This document shows, piece by piece, positions 18,383-27,790 of a stretch of DNA of 64,000 nucleotides. The notes beneath the pieces are model-generated. The model saw nothing but the letters and a program-made list of their open reading frames with translations. It did no database searches and was not told the DNA's origin. The stretch spans positions 5,320-69,319 of the forward strand of contig NZ_JAJJPG010000002.1 in NCBI RefSeq assembly GCF_032907665.1. The letters are read 5' to 3'. Each line of letters starts with the position of its first letter. Position 1 is the stretch's first letter. The position numbers and the translations under genes were made by a program. This DNA comes from Intrasporangium sp. Lineage in GTDB: Bacteria; Actinomycetota; Actinomycetes; Actinomycetales; Dermatophilaceae.

Positions 18383-19047
18383 CAGGAATCCTCTCGTCGT
18401 GCGGGGTTGCGGGCGAGGACGCTCGCCGTGAGCGCATCACGGACGAAGGCGAGGACCTCGGCGGTCGCCTTTGCCGGAGTCCCCGAGTCGGTGGGTGGCG
18501 CTGGGTCGTACTCCAGTCCCAGCTGCACGGCCTCGGCGTAGCTGCGACCGTGGACGAGCTCGGTCATCGTCAGGGCCATGTCGATCCCGGCGGTGATCCC
18601 CGCGGACGTGATCACGTTGCCGGCGACCACCACGCGCTCCTCGCTGACGTCCACACCCAGCGACGCGAGCTCGTCCCGGAAGGCCCAGTGCGTGGCCGCC
18701 GAGCGTCCGTCGAGGATCCCCGCGCGGGCCAGGACGGCCGATCCGGTGCACACGGTGCCGAACCACGTGACGCCCTGCTGGACCTCGCGGAGCCAGCCGA
18801 TCGCGGCCTTGTCAGCCATGGCGGAGTAGGGGTTGGAGCCACCCGGCACGACGACGATGTCGGGTTGCGGCACGTCCTCGAGGCCGAGGGGGACGTGCAC
18901 CTCGATGCCCGTGTCGCAGACCAGTGTCCCCGGCCTGCTCGTCGCGAGCTGGATGGTCCGGTCAGGCCACCGGGCGAGCACTTCCCACGGACCGACGAAG
19001 TCCTGGGCGGTCGGCAGCTCATGCGGGACGAGGAACACGATGTGCAT
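18382..19047 (-). CDS. DJ-1/PfpI family protein, isonitrile-hydratase-like
   Basis: QDFVGP, VVPGG, VCTGS, ATHW, SAGITAGIDMAL, LGLEYDPAPP. Confidence 0.82.
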   Translation of the reverse strand: MHIVFLVPHELPTAQDFVGPWEVLARWPDRTIQLATSRPGTLVCDTGIEVHVPLGLEDVPQPDIVVVPGGSNPYSAMADKAAIGWLREVQQGVTWFGTVCTGSAVLARAGILDGRSAATHWAFRDELASLGVDVSEERVVVAGNVITSAGITAGIDMALTMTELVHGRSYAEAVQLGLEYDPAPPTDSGTPAKATAEVLAFVRDALTASVLARNPARREDS

Positions 19048-20050
19048 CGTTCTCCTTGGGTTCGGGATCGACAGGACGGACCGGATCGAGGGGGTGGTGA
19101 CAGGCCAGGCGGTGGCCGCCCTGGGTCAGCACGGGACGGTCGAGGTGACAGATCTCGGTGGCCACCGGACAGCGTGGTGCGAACTGGCAGCCGCCAGGTG
19201 CGCTGTCGATCACCTCGCCCCGCAGCTCGAACCGCCGTGGACCGCGAGGCCGGAGGGAGGGCCGGGCGTCCAGCAGGCAGGCCGTGTAGGGATGGAGAGG
19301 GCGCTCGAGCACGGTGTCGACGGTGCCCTGCTCGACCAGGCGGCCCAGATACATCACCGCCACCTCGTCGGCGATCCACTCGACGGTGTGCAGGTCGTGG
19401 GTGATGAGCAGGACGCCGAGATCGTACTCGTCGGCCAACGTGCGGAAGAGGGCCACGGTCCCCGCCGCAACGGTGGCGTCGAGTGCGGCGGTAGCCTCGT
19501 CGGCGAGCAGGAACCGCGGCTTCAACGCGAGCGCTCGAGCGATGGCCACGCGCTGGCACTGGCCGCCGGAGAGCTGGGCAGGGAGGCGGTCCAGGAGCTC
19601 GTCGGAGAGGGACACGGAGTCGAGCAGGTCATGCAGCTTCTGGCCTCGACGGGGACCTTCCACGCCGACCACGGCGAGGGCTTCGGCCAACGCCTCGCGG
19701 ACGCTTCGCCGCGGATTGAGCGAGGCCCGGGGGTTCTGGAAGATCATCTGCACGGCGTGCCGCTGCTCCCGGCTGCGACGGCGGCCGAGAGGGGTGTCGC
19801 CGAGCAGCACCTGACCGGCCGACGGCTCGGTGAGCCCGACGATGGCGCGGGCGATGGACGACTTGCCACACCCGGACTCGCCCACGAGCCCGACGACCCT
19901 GCCCGGCTCGATCGTCAGGGACACGCCATCCACCGCGCTCACCGTCCTCGACCCGAACCATGCCGGCACGCGGTAGTGCACCGACAGGTCCCGCACCACG
20001 AGGTTCACGGTGCTCGCCGTGCCGGGAGCCGGCTTCACCACCGCGTTCAC
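19019..20050 (-). CDS. Peptide/nickel ABC ATPase (OppF-like)
   Basis: GESGCGKS, LSGGQCQR, HPYT. Confidence 0.88.
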   Translation of the reverse strand: MNAVVKPAPGTASTVNLVVRDLSVHYRVPAWFGSRTVSAVDGVSLTIEPGRVVGLVGESGCGKSSIARAIVGLTEPSAGQVLLGDTPLGRRRSREQRHAVQMIFQNPRASLNPRRSVREALAEALAVVGVEGPRRGQKLHDLLDSVSLSDELLDRLPAQLSGGQCQRVAIARALALKPRFLLADEATAALDATVAAGTVALFRTLADEYDLGVLLITHDLHTVEWIADEVAVMYLGRLVEQGTVDTVLERPLHPYTACLLDARPSLRPRGPRRFELRGEVIDSAPGGCQFAPRCPVATEICHLDRPVLTQGGHRLACHHPLDPVRPVDPEPKENDAHRVPRPA

Positions 20051-21033
20051 GCTGCACCCCAGACCTGTGGCTCGTCCCGGTCCCGCACGCAGCTGCTGCC
20101 GACGCGAATGGCCAGCGGGTCCAGCCGCTCGATGGGAGCGACGCAGTCCGCTGTGGCGGCGGCGCACCGCCGGCGGTAGGGGCAGCCCGGGTCGGTGACG
20201 GGAAGCGCGCGGGCCAGGTTCCCCGAGCCGGCATCCTGGGCTCCGGTCGAGTAGGCGTCGATGAGCGCGCGCGTGTAGGGGTGTCGCGGCCGCTCCAACA
20301 CGGTGTCGATGTCGCCGACCTCGACGACCCGGCCGGCGAACATCACGACGACGTCGTCGACGGCCGACCTGGCGACAGCGAGGTCATGGGTGACGAACAC
20401 CACCGAGAGCCCCCGGCGGACACGCAGCTCATTGAGGAGGTCGACGATCTGGGCCTGCGTCGTGACGTCCAGCGCCGATGTCGCCTCGTCGCAGAGCAGC
20501 ACCTCCGGGTGAGTGGCCAAGGCGATGGCCAGGACGATCCGTTGCCGCTGCCCGTTGGACAGCTGGTGCGGGAACGAGGCGGCGATCCGGGCCGGGTCGG
20601 CGAATCCGACCTCGGCGAGGAGGCCGTGCACTGTCGCTCGCGCGCGCCGTCGTGACACGTGGTCGTGGTGCGCGACCACCCCGGCTACGAAGGCGCCGAC
20701 CCGCATCGTGGGGTCGAGGGCGGACAGCGGGTCCTGGAACACCATGGAGACACCGCGGCCACGAAGTTCTGCGGGGTCCTGGACGACCCGGGAGGGCCCG
20801 GCGCCGAGGGCGATCTCGATCCGTCCGCCGGCGAGGCGCACGCCGTCCGGCAGCAGCCCCATGAGTGACCGCAGCGTCATCGTCTTGCCGCTGCCGGACT
20901 CACCGATGATGCCGAGGGATCGCCCCTGGCCGAGCCGGAGCCCGGCCCCGTGGACGATGGGGCCTGCCGCGGACTCGATGGTCAGGGCCCCGGCACGGAG
21001 GACGTCGGTGGCGGTGAGGACGTCGGTGGTCAT
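20047..21033 (-). CDS. Peptide/nickel ABC ATPase (OppD-like)
   Basis: GESGSGKT, PHQLSNGQRQR, DEATSALDV. Confidence 0.88.
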   Translation of the reverse strand: MTTDVLTATDVLRAGALTIESAAGPIVHGAGLRLGQGRSLGIIGESGSGKTMTLRSLMGLLPDGVRLAGGRIEIALGAGPSRVVQDPAELRGRGVSMVFQDPLSALDPTMRVGAFVAGVVAHHDHVSRRRARATVHGLLAEVGFADPARIAASFPHQLSNGQRQRIVLAIALATHPEVLLCDEATSALDVTTQAQIVDLLNELRVRRGLSVVFVTHDLAVARSAVDDVVVMFAGRVVEVGDIDTVLERPRHPYTRALIDAYSTGAQDAGSGNLARALPVTDPGCPYRRRCAAATADCVAPIERLDPLAIRVGSSCVRDRDEPQVWGAA

Positions 21034-21845
21034 CAGTACTCCTTTCCGGGGTCGCCGACGCGGCGGGCGAGCCGACCGCTGGCCACGCCCAGAGCGACGA
21101 GGGCGAGCCCGGGAAAGACCGTGAGCCACCAGGCGTCCCTCAGGCGTGGGGCCCCGGTGGCGATCATCCGGCCGATCTCGAGGGTCCCGTCGGGGAGGGC
21201 GACGCCGATGAAGGCCAACGCCGCGATGGTCTGCACCGCCACACCCACGTGCGCTGCTGCGTAGACGAGCACCTGGTCGTAGCTGTTCGGGCCGACGTGT
21301 CGAGCCACGACGACGGTTCGGGGCAGGCCGATGAGCTCGGCGGCCTTGATGTACTCGAGGTTGCGCACGCGGGCGACTTCCGTGCGCGTGAGGCGCGCGT
21401 AGGGCAACCAGCCGAACAACGCGAAGCCGATGAGGATGGTCGACGGACTCGGTCCGAGGGAGAAGGCAAGCGCGATGAGGATGAGGGCCACCGGCAGGGC
21501 CTGCGTGAGGTCGGCGACCGCGACGAAGAGGCGGTCGAACCGACCACCGAGGTAGCCGGCCACCCCTCCGAGGAGCGCGCCGACGGCGAGGGAGACGAGC
21601 ACGGCGAGCACGCCCAGGAGGATGTCGACGCGAAGGGCGTGCGCGGTCTGGGCCAGGACGTCCTGGCCGAGCAGGGTGGTGCCGAAGGGGTGCTGCCAGC
21701 CCGGAGCGGCAAGGCGGTCGCCGCCCACCGCCCTCGGGTCCGGCCAGAGCACCGGTGCCAGGGCCGCGAGGAGGACGAGCAGCACCATGGCCAGCCCTGC
21801 GGGTGAGCGAAGGCCGTGACCGACCGCGCCGGCGGCGCCCCTCAC
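21033..21845 (-). CDS. Peptide/nickel ABC permease (OppC-like)
   Basis: HPFGT, EYIKAAELIG, RHVGPN; GTGA overlap. Confidence 0.85.
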   Translation of the reverse strand: MRGAAGAVGHGLRSPAGLAMVLLVLLAALAPVLWPDPRAVGGDRLAAPGWQHPFGTTLLGQDVLAQTAHALRVDILLGVLAVLVSLAVGALLGGVAGYLGGRFDRLFVAVADLTQALPVALILIALAFSLGPSPSTILIGFALFGWLPYARLTRTEVARVRNLEYIKAAELIGLPRTVVVARHVGPNSYDQVLVYAAAHVGVAVQTIAALAFIGVALPDGTLEIGRMIATGAPRLRDAWWLTVFPGLALVALGVASGRLARRVGDPGKEY

Positions 21846-22777
21846 AGGGACCACCTCGGGTCGAGGAGGGCGACAGCGACATCGGCGAGCAGGTTCGCCA
21901 GCACGACGCAGATGCCCAGCACGAGGGTCAACCCCTGCACGACAGGGAAGTCCCGCTCGCGGACGGACTCGAACAGCAGGGTCCCGAGCCCGTTGATGTC
22001 GAAGCTCGACTCGACGAGCACAAGGCCGAAGACGATGTAGCCGGCTTGCAGGCCGAGCAGAGTGACCATCGGCGGCAGCGCATTGCGGATGGCGTGCCTG
22101 CGTACCACCGTGCCCGCGCCCAGCCCGGCTGCCCTGGCGGTCGTCACGTGGTCCGCCGCCATCACCCGGGCCATGGACTCCGACAGGCTCCTCACCAGCA
22201 CCGGTGCGATCGCGGCGCTGATCGCCACGGTGGGCAGGACCAGGTGCTGGAGCCGGTCGCCCAGACCCTCCCCGAACCCGCCGACGGGGAACCAGGCGAG
22301 GCCGAGGGAGAAGACGAGGACGAGCACCAGCGCCAGCCAGTACGTCGGCAGGTTCATCGACACGAGGCTGGCCTGGTCCACGACGGTCCGCTCGAACCGG
22401 CTGCTGGTGCCCGCCCAGATACCGAAGGGGAGGGAGATGAGGGCGGACACCAGCAGGCCGAGGGCCGCCAGCCAGGCGGTGCGCGGCGCGCGCTCGGAGA
22501 TCAGCGTCGTCACCGGTACCCCAGAACGGTTCGAGGTGCCGAGGTCGCCCTGGAGGGCGCGCGCGACCGCCGAGGTGAACTGCTGGACGATCCCGTCGTC
22601 GAGGTGGTAGGCCGCGCGAGTCGCGGCGAGCACCGCCTCGCTCGCTCGCGGCCCGGCGATCGCCCGGGCGGGGTCGCCCGGCGTGATCGCCTGCAACGCC
22701 ACGGTGAGGAACAGCAGCACCAGGAGGAGCGGCGCCGCGCTGACGGCTCGGCGCACCAGGATCCGTGTGACGCGCAC
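21842..22777 (-). CDS. Peptide/nickel ABC permease (OppB-like)
   Basis: DHVTTARAAGL, RHAIRNA, LLDPRW. Confidence 0.87.
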   Translation of the reverse strand: MRVTRILVRRAVSAAPLLLVLLFLTVALQAITPGDPARAIAGPRASEAVLAATRAAYHLDDGIVQQFTSAVARALQGDLGTSNRSGVPVTTLISERAPRTAWLAALGLLVSALISLPFGIWAGTSSRFERTVVDQASLVSMNLPTYWLALVLVLVFSLGLAWFPVGGFGEGLGDRLQHLVLPTVAISAAIAPVLVRSLSESMARVMAADHVTTARAAGLGAGTVVRRHAIRNALPPMVTLLGLQAGYIVFGLVLVESSFDINGLGTLLFESVRERDFPVVQGLTLVLGICVVLANLLADVAVALLDPRWSL

Positions 22778-22780
22778 GGC

Positions 22781-24319
22781 TCAGCCGACCGACAGCTCGT
22801 CCAGGTAGTACCGGCTGTACGGCCGCACCTTGAGGCCGTGGACCGACTCGCTCACCGGCACCACGAGGGACGTCGACACGAGAGGCACGATGGGCCGTGC
22901 CTCGGCTGCCCACGACTCCAGGCCGCGCACCGCGGCGGCCTTTGCGTCCGCGTCAGCCGCCACGGCGAACGTGTTGAAGTGCTCGAGCAAGGGCTCCACC
23001 GGAGCGCCGGAGCCGAAGAACTTCGAGACGTACATGTAGAAGAACACGTCACCGGCCGTCGGGGAGACGTTGCTGTAGGTGCCGACCCCGATGTCGTAGT
23101 CGCCGCCGGCGACACGTTCGAGCAGGACCTGGAGGTCGAGCTCCTCGACCTCGACGTCGATGCCGACCGCCTCCAGGTCGGCTCGGATCAGCTCGATCTG
23201 CGGAGAGTCACCACTCGTCACTTCGGTGACGAGGTGCAGCTTCTCGCCGTCGTAGCCGGACTTCGTGAGAGCGGCTTTCGCGGCCTCCGGGTCGTGTCTC
23301 CACGCATCGCAGTCGCAGCCCACCGAACCGATGGTCCCGGGGGGCATGATGCCCTTGACCGGGGTCGCCAGCCCGTCGTAAGCGATCTCCACGAGCTGAT
23401 CGCGGTTGATGGCATAGCTCACCGCCTCACGGAAGGCCGCATCCCGGCCGAGCTCCGAGGCGTAGTTGAAGATGACGTCGAGGTTCTTCGACGCAGGGTT
23501 CACCGTCTGCCGCCGGGACTCCGGCACCTGCCCTGCCAGAGTGGGGTCCAGTGACTCGATGATGTCGGCCTCACCGCTCTCGAACTGTGCGAGCTGTTGG
23601 CTCGGCGCGGACACGATCCGGTAGGTCACCTTGTCCAGCGGTGCAGGCTCGCCGTGGTAGCGGTCGTTGCGCGCCAGAACCGTCTCGACGCCTGCGGAGT
23701 ACGTGTCCACGACGTAGGGGCCGGCGCCGACCGGGTCCTGGTAGAAGGCCTCTCGAGACTTCCCCGCGTAGTCCTTCGGCACGACCGGGGCGATGCCGCT
23801 GGCGAGGAAGTCCAGCAGGAAGGTGCTCGGCCGGGTCAGCGTGAGCTTGACGGTCGTCGGATCGACCGCCGTGGCGCTCGCGATGTCGGCGAACATCGAG
23901 CCGAGGCGCTCGCCCTTGACCCACTGCGTTGCGGAGAAGGCGACGTCCTCTGCCGTCAGGGGGGTGCCGTCGCTGAAGGTCACGTCCTTGCGGAGCGTGA
24001 ACGTGTAGGAGGGCTCGGCCGCGTCGAACACCCAGGACTCGGCCAGAGCCGGCTCGATGGTGACGCCGTCCTTGGCCACGCGGACCAGGCCCTCGAGCAC
24101 GTTGGGAAGGGTCACCCAGGAGGCGACGACTCGCGCCCCGTCAGGGTCCCAGCCGTCGATGTCGTTGGTCCGCAAGATCGTCAGCTCCTTGCGTGTCGGC
24201 TTCTCCGAGCTCGGGGAAGCCGATGCCTCGTCGTCCCCGGTCCCGCACGAGGCGAGGAACAGGGACGACGTCACCAGCACTGCAGCAAGCCCTGCAGTCA
24301 GCCCACGTCGAATGCTCAT
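22781..24319 (-). CDS. Family-5 ABC substrate-binding lipoprotein
   Basis: Lipobox LASC; LAESW, DPVGAGPY, FREAVSYAINR. Confidence 0.87.
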   Translation of the reverse strand: MSIRRGLTAGLAAVLVTSSLFLASCGTGDDEASASPSSEKPTRKELTILRTNDIDGWDPDGARVVASWVTLPNVLEGLVRVAKDGVTIEPALAESWVFDAAEPSYTFTLRKDVTFSDGTPLTAEDVAFSATQWVKGERLGSMFADIASATAVDPTTVKLTLTRPSTFLLDFLASGIAPVVPKDYAGKSREAFYQDPVGAGPYVVDTYSAGVETVLARNDRYHGEPAPLDKVTYRIVSAPSQQLAQFESGEADIIESLDPTLAGQVPESRRQTVNPASKNLDVIFNYASELGRDAAFREAVSYAINRDQLVEIAYDGLATPVKGIMPPGTIGSVGCDCDAWRHDPEAAKAALTKSGYDGEKLHLVTEVTSGDSPQIELIRADLEAVGIDVEVEELDLQVLLERVAGGDYDIGVGTYSNVSPTAGDVFFYMYVSKFFGSGAPVEPLLEHFNTFAVAADADAKAAAVRGLESWAAEARPIVPLVSTSLVVPVSESVHGLKVRPYSRYYLDELSVG

Positions 24320-24353
24320 GGTGGGTGACGGTAGGCCCACGGAAGCACGTATG

Positions 24354-24392
24354 TCAATCAATCGACCGAACAATTTTCAGTCGATCGATTGA
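24354..24392. promoter_or_regulatory. Twin palindromic operator (consensus TCAATCGATCGATTGA)
   Basis: TCAATCAATCGACCGA (24354-24369) and TCAGTCGATCGATTGA (24377-24392) in the divergent promoter. Confidence 0.72.
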
Positions 24393-24424
24393 CTGAGAGA
24401 TGGTGCGGCCCCGATAGTTCTGCC

Positions 24425-25684
24425 ATGACCTTCGACGTGCCAACTGCATTGCCGCCCAGCGCCACCCGTCCATCCTCCTTCGCGGCCGCGGACGTCCTGT
24501 GCCTCGACGAGAAACGCGTCGCGCGCACCTACGCGCCGCTGCCCGTCGTCGCTGCGTCCGCGTCGGGGGCCTGGGTCACCGACGTCGACGGGCGCCGTCA
24601 CCTCGACCTGCTCTCGGCGTACTCGGCGATGAACTTCGGTCACGGCAACCCCCGCATCCTCGCCGCCGCCTCCGCCCAGCTCCACGAGCTGACCCTGGTC
24701 AGCCGCGCGTTCCACCACACGCGGCTCGGGGAGTTCGCCGACGCCCTGACCGGCCTGGTCGGCAAGGACCTCATGGTCCCGATGAACACCGGCGCGGAGG
24801 CGGTCGAGACCGCCATCAAGGCGGCGCGGAAGTGGGCCCACGAGGTCAAGGGCGTCCCCGAGGGCGAGGCCGAGATCGTCGTCGCCTCCGGGAACTTCCA
24901 CGGCCGAACGACCACGATCATCAGCTTCTCCGACGACCCCGTCGCCCGCCGCGGCTACGGACCGTTCACCCCGGGCTTCGTGACCGTCCCCTACGGCGAT
25001 GTCGAGGCGCTGAACGCGGCCGTCACGGACCGCACGGCGGCGGTGCTGCTCGAGCCGGTCCAGGGTGAGGCGGGGGTGATCATCCCCCCGGCCGACTACC
25101 TGCCACGGGTGCGCGCCCTGTGCACCGAACGCGACGTCCTGCTCGTCGCCGACGAGGTGCAGTCCGGGCTCGCCCGCACCGGTCGCACCCTCGCCTGTGA
25201 GCACGTCGGAGTCGAGCCAGACCTGATCATCCTCGGGAAGGCCCTCGGGGGCGGGGTGGTTCCGGTCTCGGCGGTGCTCGGTGACGCGGACGTGCTCGGG
25301 CTCTTCCGACCCGGGCAGCACGGGTCGACCTTCGGTGGCAACGCGCTGGCCTGCGCCGTCGGCCTCGAGGTCGTCGAGATCCTCCGTGAGGGGACCTTCC
25401 AGGAGCGCGCCGCCCGTTTGGGCGACCACCTGCGTGCACGTCTCGACGTCCTCGTCGGTCACGGCGTCGCCGCAGTCCGGGTCATCGGACTGTGGGCGGG
25501 CATCGACATCGACGAGGACCTCGCCTCCGGCCGGGACGTGTGCGAGCGGCTGGCGGAGCGCGGCATCCTCGCCAAGGACACGCACGGGTCGACGATCAGG
25601 TTCTCGCCACCACTGGTCATCGAGGAGGACGAGCTCGACCATGCCGTTGGCCAGCTCGGTGAGGTGCTCGCCGAACTCGGCTGA
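24425..25684 (+). CDS. rocD: Ornithine--oxo-acid aminotransferase
   Basis: LSAYSAMNFGH, PMNTGAEAVE, EPVQGEAG, DEVQSG, GKALGGG (PLP Lys). Confidence 0.9.
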   Translation: MTFDVPTALPPSATRPSSFAAADVLCLDEKRVARTYAPLPVVAASASGAWVTDVDGRRHLDLLSAYSAMNFGHGNPRILAAASAQLHELTLVSRAFHHTRLGEFADALTGLVGKDLMVPMNTGAEAVETAIKAARKWAHEVKGVPEGEAEIVVASGNFHGRTTTIISFSDDPVARRGYGPFTPGFVTVPYGDVEALNAAVTDRTAAVLLEPVQGEAGVIIPPADYLPRVRALCTERDVLLVADEVQSGLARTGRTLACEHVGVEPDLIILGKALGGGVVPVSAVLGDADVLGLFRPGQHGSTFGGNALACAVGLEVVEILREGTFQERAARLGDHLRARLDVLVGHGVAAVRVIGLWAGIDIDEDLASGRDVCERLAERGILAKDTHGSTIRFSPPLVIEEDELDHAVGQLGEVLAELG

Positions 25685-25762
25685 GCGTCAGGTGCCGGCC
25701 ACGCGGACGCGGGCCCAGCGGCATACGGCCCCTTGTGTTGACAGTCCTGCAAGGATCGGCAC

Positions 25763-27022
25763 ATGGCTGAGTCGCGCACCCACCTCATCGGCCTGCTCCT
25801 CGGAGCCGAGGAGGACTGGCCCACGGCGTTCGAGGAACTGCTCGGGCTGGTCGGCCCCATCACCACCGACGACGGAGTCACCCACGAGCTGAGGGCCGAG
25901 CGCCTGACCATCGAGCCGTTCGACCTGCGCCAGCCGGTGCGGACCGAGCTCGTCATCGACCGGCTCGCCCACTGGTACTACCACCCGCGCGAATGGCTCA
26001 AGAAGGCGGCGCTCGTCGACGACACCTACCTGCTCAACAGCCCGTTCACCTTCCAGTCGATGGAGAAGCACAGCGCCTACTGCGCGCTCATGCGCCTCGG
26101 GCTCAAGGTGCCCCAGACGATCCTCGTGCCCTACAAGCACCCCGTGGACAACGTCCGCTGGGCCTACACCAGCGCGAAGTACAACCGTCCCTTCGACCTC
26201 AAGCAGATCGCGAACGACCTCGGCTACCCGCTCTACATGAAGCCGTTCGACGGCGGGGGCTGGCGTGGGGTCTCACGGATCGACGACGAGGGCGACCTGG
26301 TGCGCGCCTACGACGAGTCCGGCGAGATGCTCATGCACCTGCAGGCCACGATCGACTACGACGTCTTCGCCCGGGCCCTGTCGATCGGCCCCGAGACGAT
26401 GGTGATGAACTTCCGGCCCGAGGAGCCGATGCACAACCGCTACGCCGTCAGCCACGGTTTCCTCAGCCCGAGCGCCGGACGGGAGACGGCGGCGATCAGC
26501 CGGATCGTCAACGCCTTCTTCGGCTGGGAGTTCAACTCGTGCGAGATGCTCGTCACGGGCGACGACGTCTACCCCATCGACTACGCCAACGCCTGCCCGG
26601 ACGTCGCCGTCACCTCGCTGCACTACTACTTCCCATGGGCCATCAAGGCTCTCGTGCGGTGGACGGCCTACTGCCTCGTCACGGGCCGGCGCTCCAGGAC
26701 GGTCGACCTCGAGACGCGCCGCTACTTCGACGTGGCCGACCGCGACGACCTCGACGACGACGAGAAGCTCGACGCCTACCTCGCGATCGCGGACGAGTAC
26801 TTCGAGACCGCTGCCTACCAGGAGTGGTGCGCCCGGCACCTGGCCCACTTCGACGCGGCCGCCCTCGAGTGGTTCCGGAGCGACGCCTTCACCCGGATGC
26901 TGCGGCACACCGTCGACGCGACCTATCCCGAGCACGAGCGGGAGCGGTTCCTCGCGCACTTCCACGGCCTCGTCGGCCTGTGGACGCAGGACGAGGGGGC
27001 CCGGCTCGACGTCGCCCACTAG
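25763..27022 (+). CDS. ATP-grasp domain protein of unknown function
   Basis: YMKPFDGGGWRGV, NSCEM, IDYANACPD. Confidence 0.75.
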   Translation: MAESRTHLIGLLLGAEEDWPTAFEELLGLVGPITTDDGVTHELRAERLTIEPFDLRQPVRTELVIDRLAHWYYHPREWLKKAALVDDTYLLNSPFTFQSMEKHSAYCALMRLGLKVPQTILVPYKHPVDNVRWAYTSAKYNRPFDLKQIANDLGYPLYMKPFDGGGWRGVSRIDDEGDLVRAYDESGEMLMHLQATIDYDVFARALSIGPETMVMNFRPEEPMHNRYAVSHGFLSPSAGRETAAISRIVNAFFGWEFNSCEMLVTGDDVYPIDYANACPDVAVTSLHYYFPWAIKALVRWTAYCLVTGRRSRTVDLETRRYFDVADRDDLDDDEKLDAYLAIADEYFETAAYQEWCARHLAHFDAAALEWFRSDAFTRMLRHTVDATYPEHERERFLAHFHGLVGLWTQDEGARLDVAH

Positions 27023-27151
27023 GCCGTATGCCGCTGGGCCCGGCGTCCAGCTCGCGTGTCCTTCCGCGTCAGTCGGGTAAGGGCGGGCTGTCCCACCCGT
27101 CCAGCACCCATCGACGTCGAGCACGGCGTCCGAGCCGAAAGGGATGAGCCG

Positions 27152-27721
27152 ATGTCCAAGAAGGTCGCGTTCCTCGTCGCCGCCGAAGGGATCGAGCAGG
27201 TCGAGCTGACCGAGCCGTGGAAGGCCGTGACCGACGCCGGTCACGAGGCCGTCCTCGTCAGCCCCGAGCCGGGCACGGTCCAGATGTTCCACCACCTCGA
27301 CAAGGCCGACACGAAGCAGGTCGATGTCACCGTCGCCGACGCCCGGGTGGACGGGTTCGACGCGCTGGTCCTCCCCGGCGGTGTCGCGAACCCCGATGCC
27401 CTGCGCCAGGACCAGCAGGCCGTGGCCTTCGTCAGGGAGTTCGTCGCCGCGGGCAAGCCCGTGGCCGTCATCTGCCACGCCCCGTGGATGCTCGTCGAGG
27501 CAGACGTCGTGTCGGGGCGGCGGCTCACGTCGTGGCCGAGCATCAAGACGGACATCCGCAACGCCGGTGGCGAGTGGGTCGACGAGCCGGTGGTCCAGGA
27601 CGGCAACATCACGACGAGCCGCAAGCCTGACGACCTGCCGCAGTTCTGCTCGGCGCTGCTCGAGTCGCTCCAGCACGGCGCAGCCTCCGCTCCGACCGCC
27701 GCGGCCGGCTCCGCCTCCTGA
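27152..27721 (+). CDS. PfpI/YraA type-1 glutamine amidotransferase-like protein
   Basis: GIEQVEL, LPGGVANPD, ICHAPW, SRKPDDL. Confidence 0.9.
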   Translation: MSKKVAFLVAAEGIEQVELTEPWKAVTDAGHEAVLVSPEPGTVQMFHHLDKADTKQVDVTVADARVDGFDALVLPGGVANPDALRQDQQAVAFVREFVAAGKPVAVICHAPWMLVEADVVSGRRLTSWPSIKTDIRNAGGEWVDEPVVQDGNITTSRKPDDLPQFCSALLESLQHGAASAPTAAAGSAS

Positions 27722-27790
27722 GGGAGGTAGTCCGGCGACTCGCTTGGGTACGTCACTGGTGGCGGGGGCCCCGAGCGAGGAAGATGCAGC

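Noticed and set aside
25738-25743. TTGACA as the -35 of the ATP-grasp gene
   Set aside because: It is too close to the start codon, and no -10 fits at 16-18 bp spacing.
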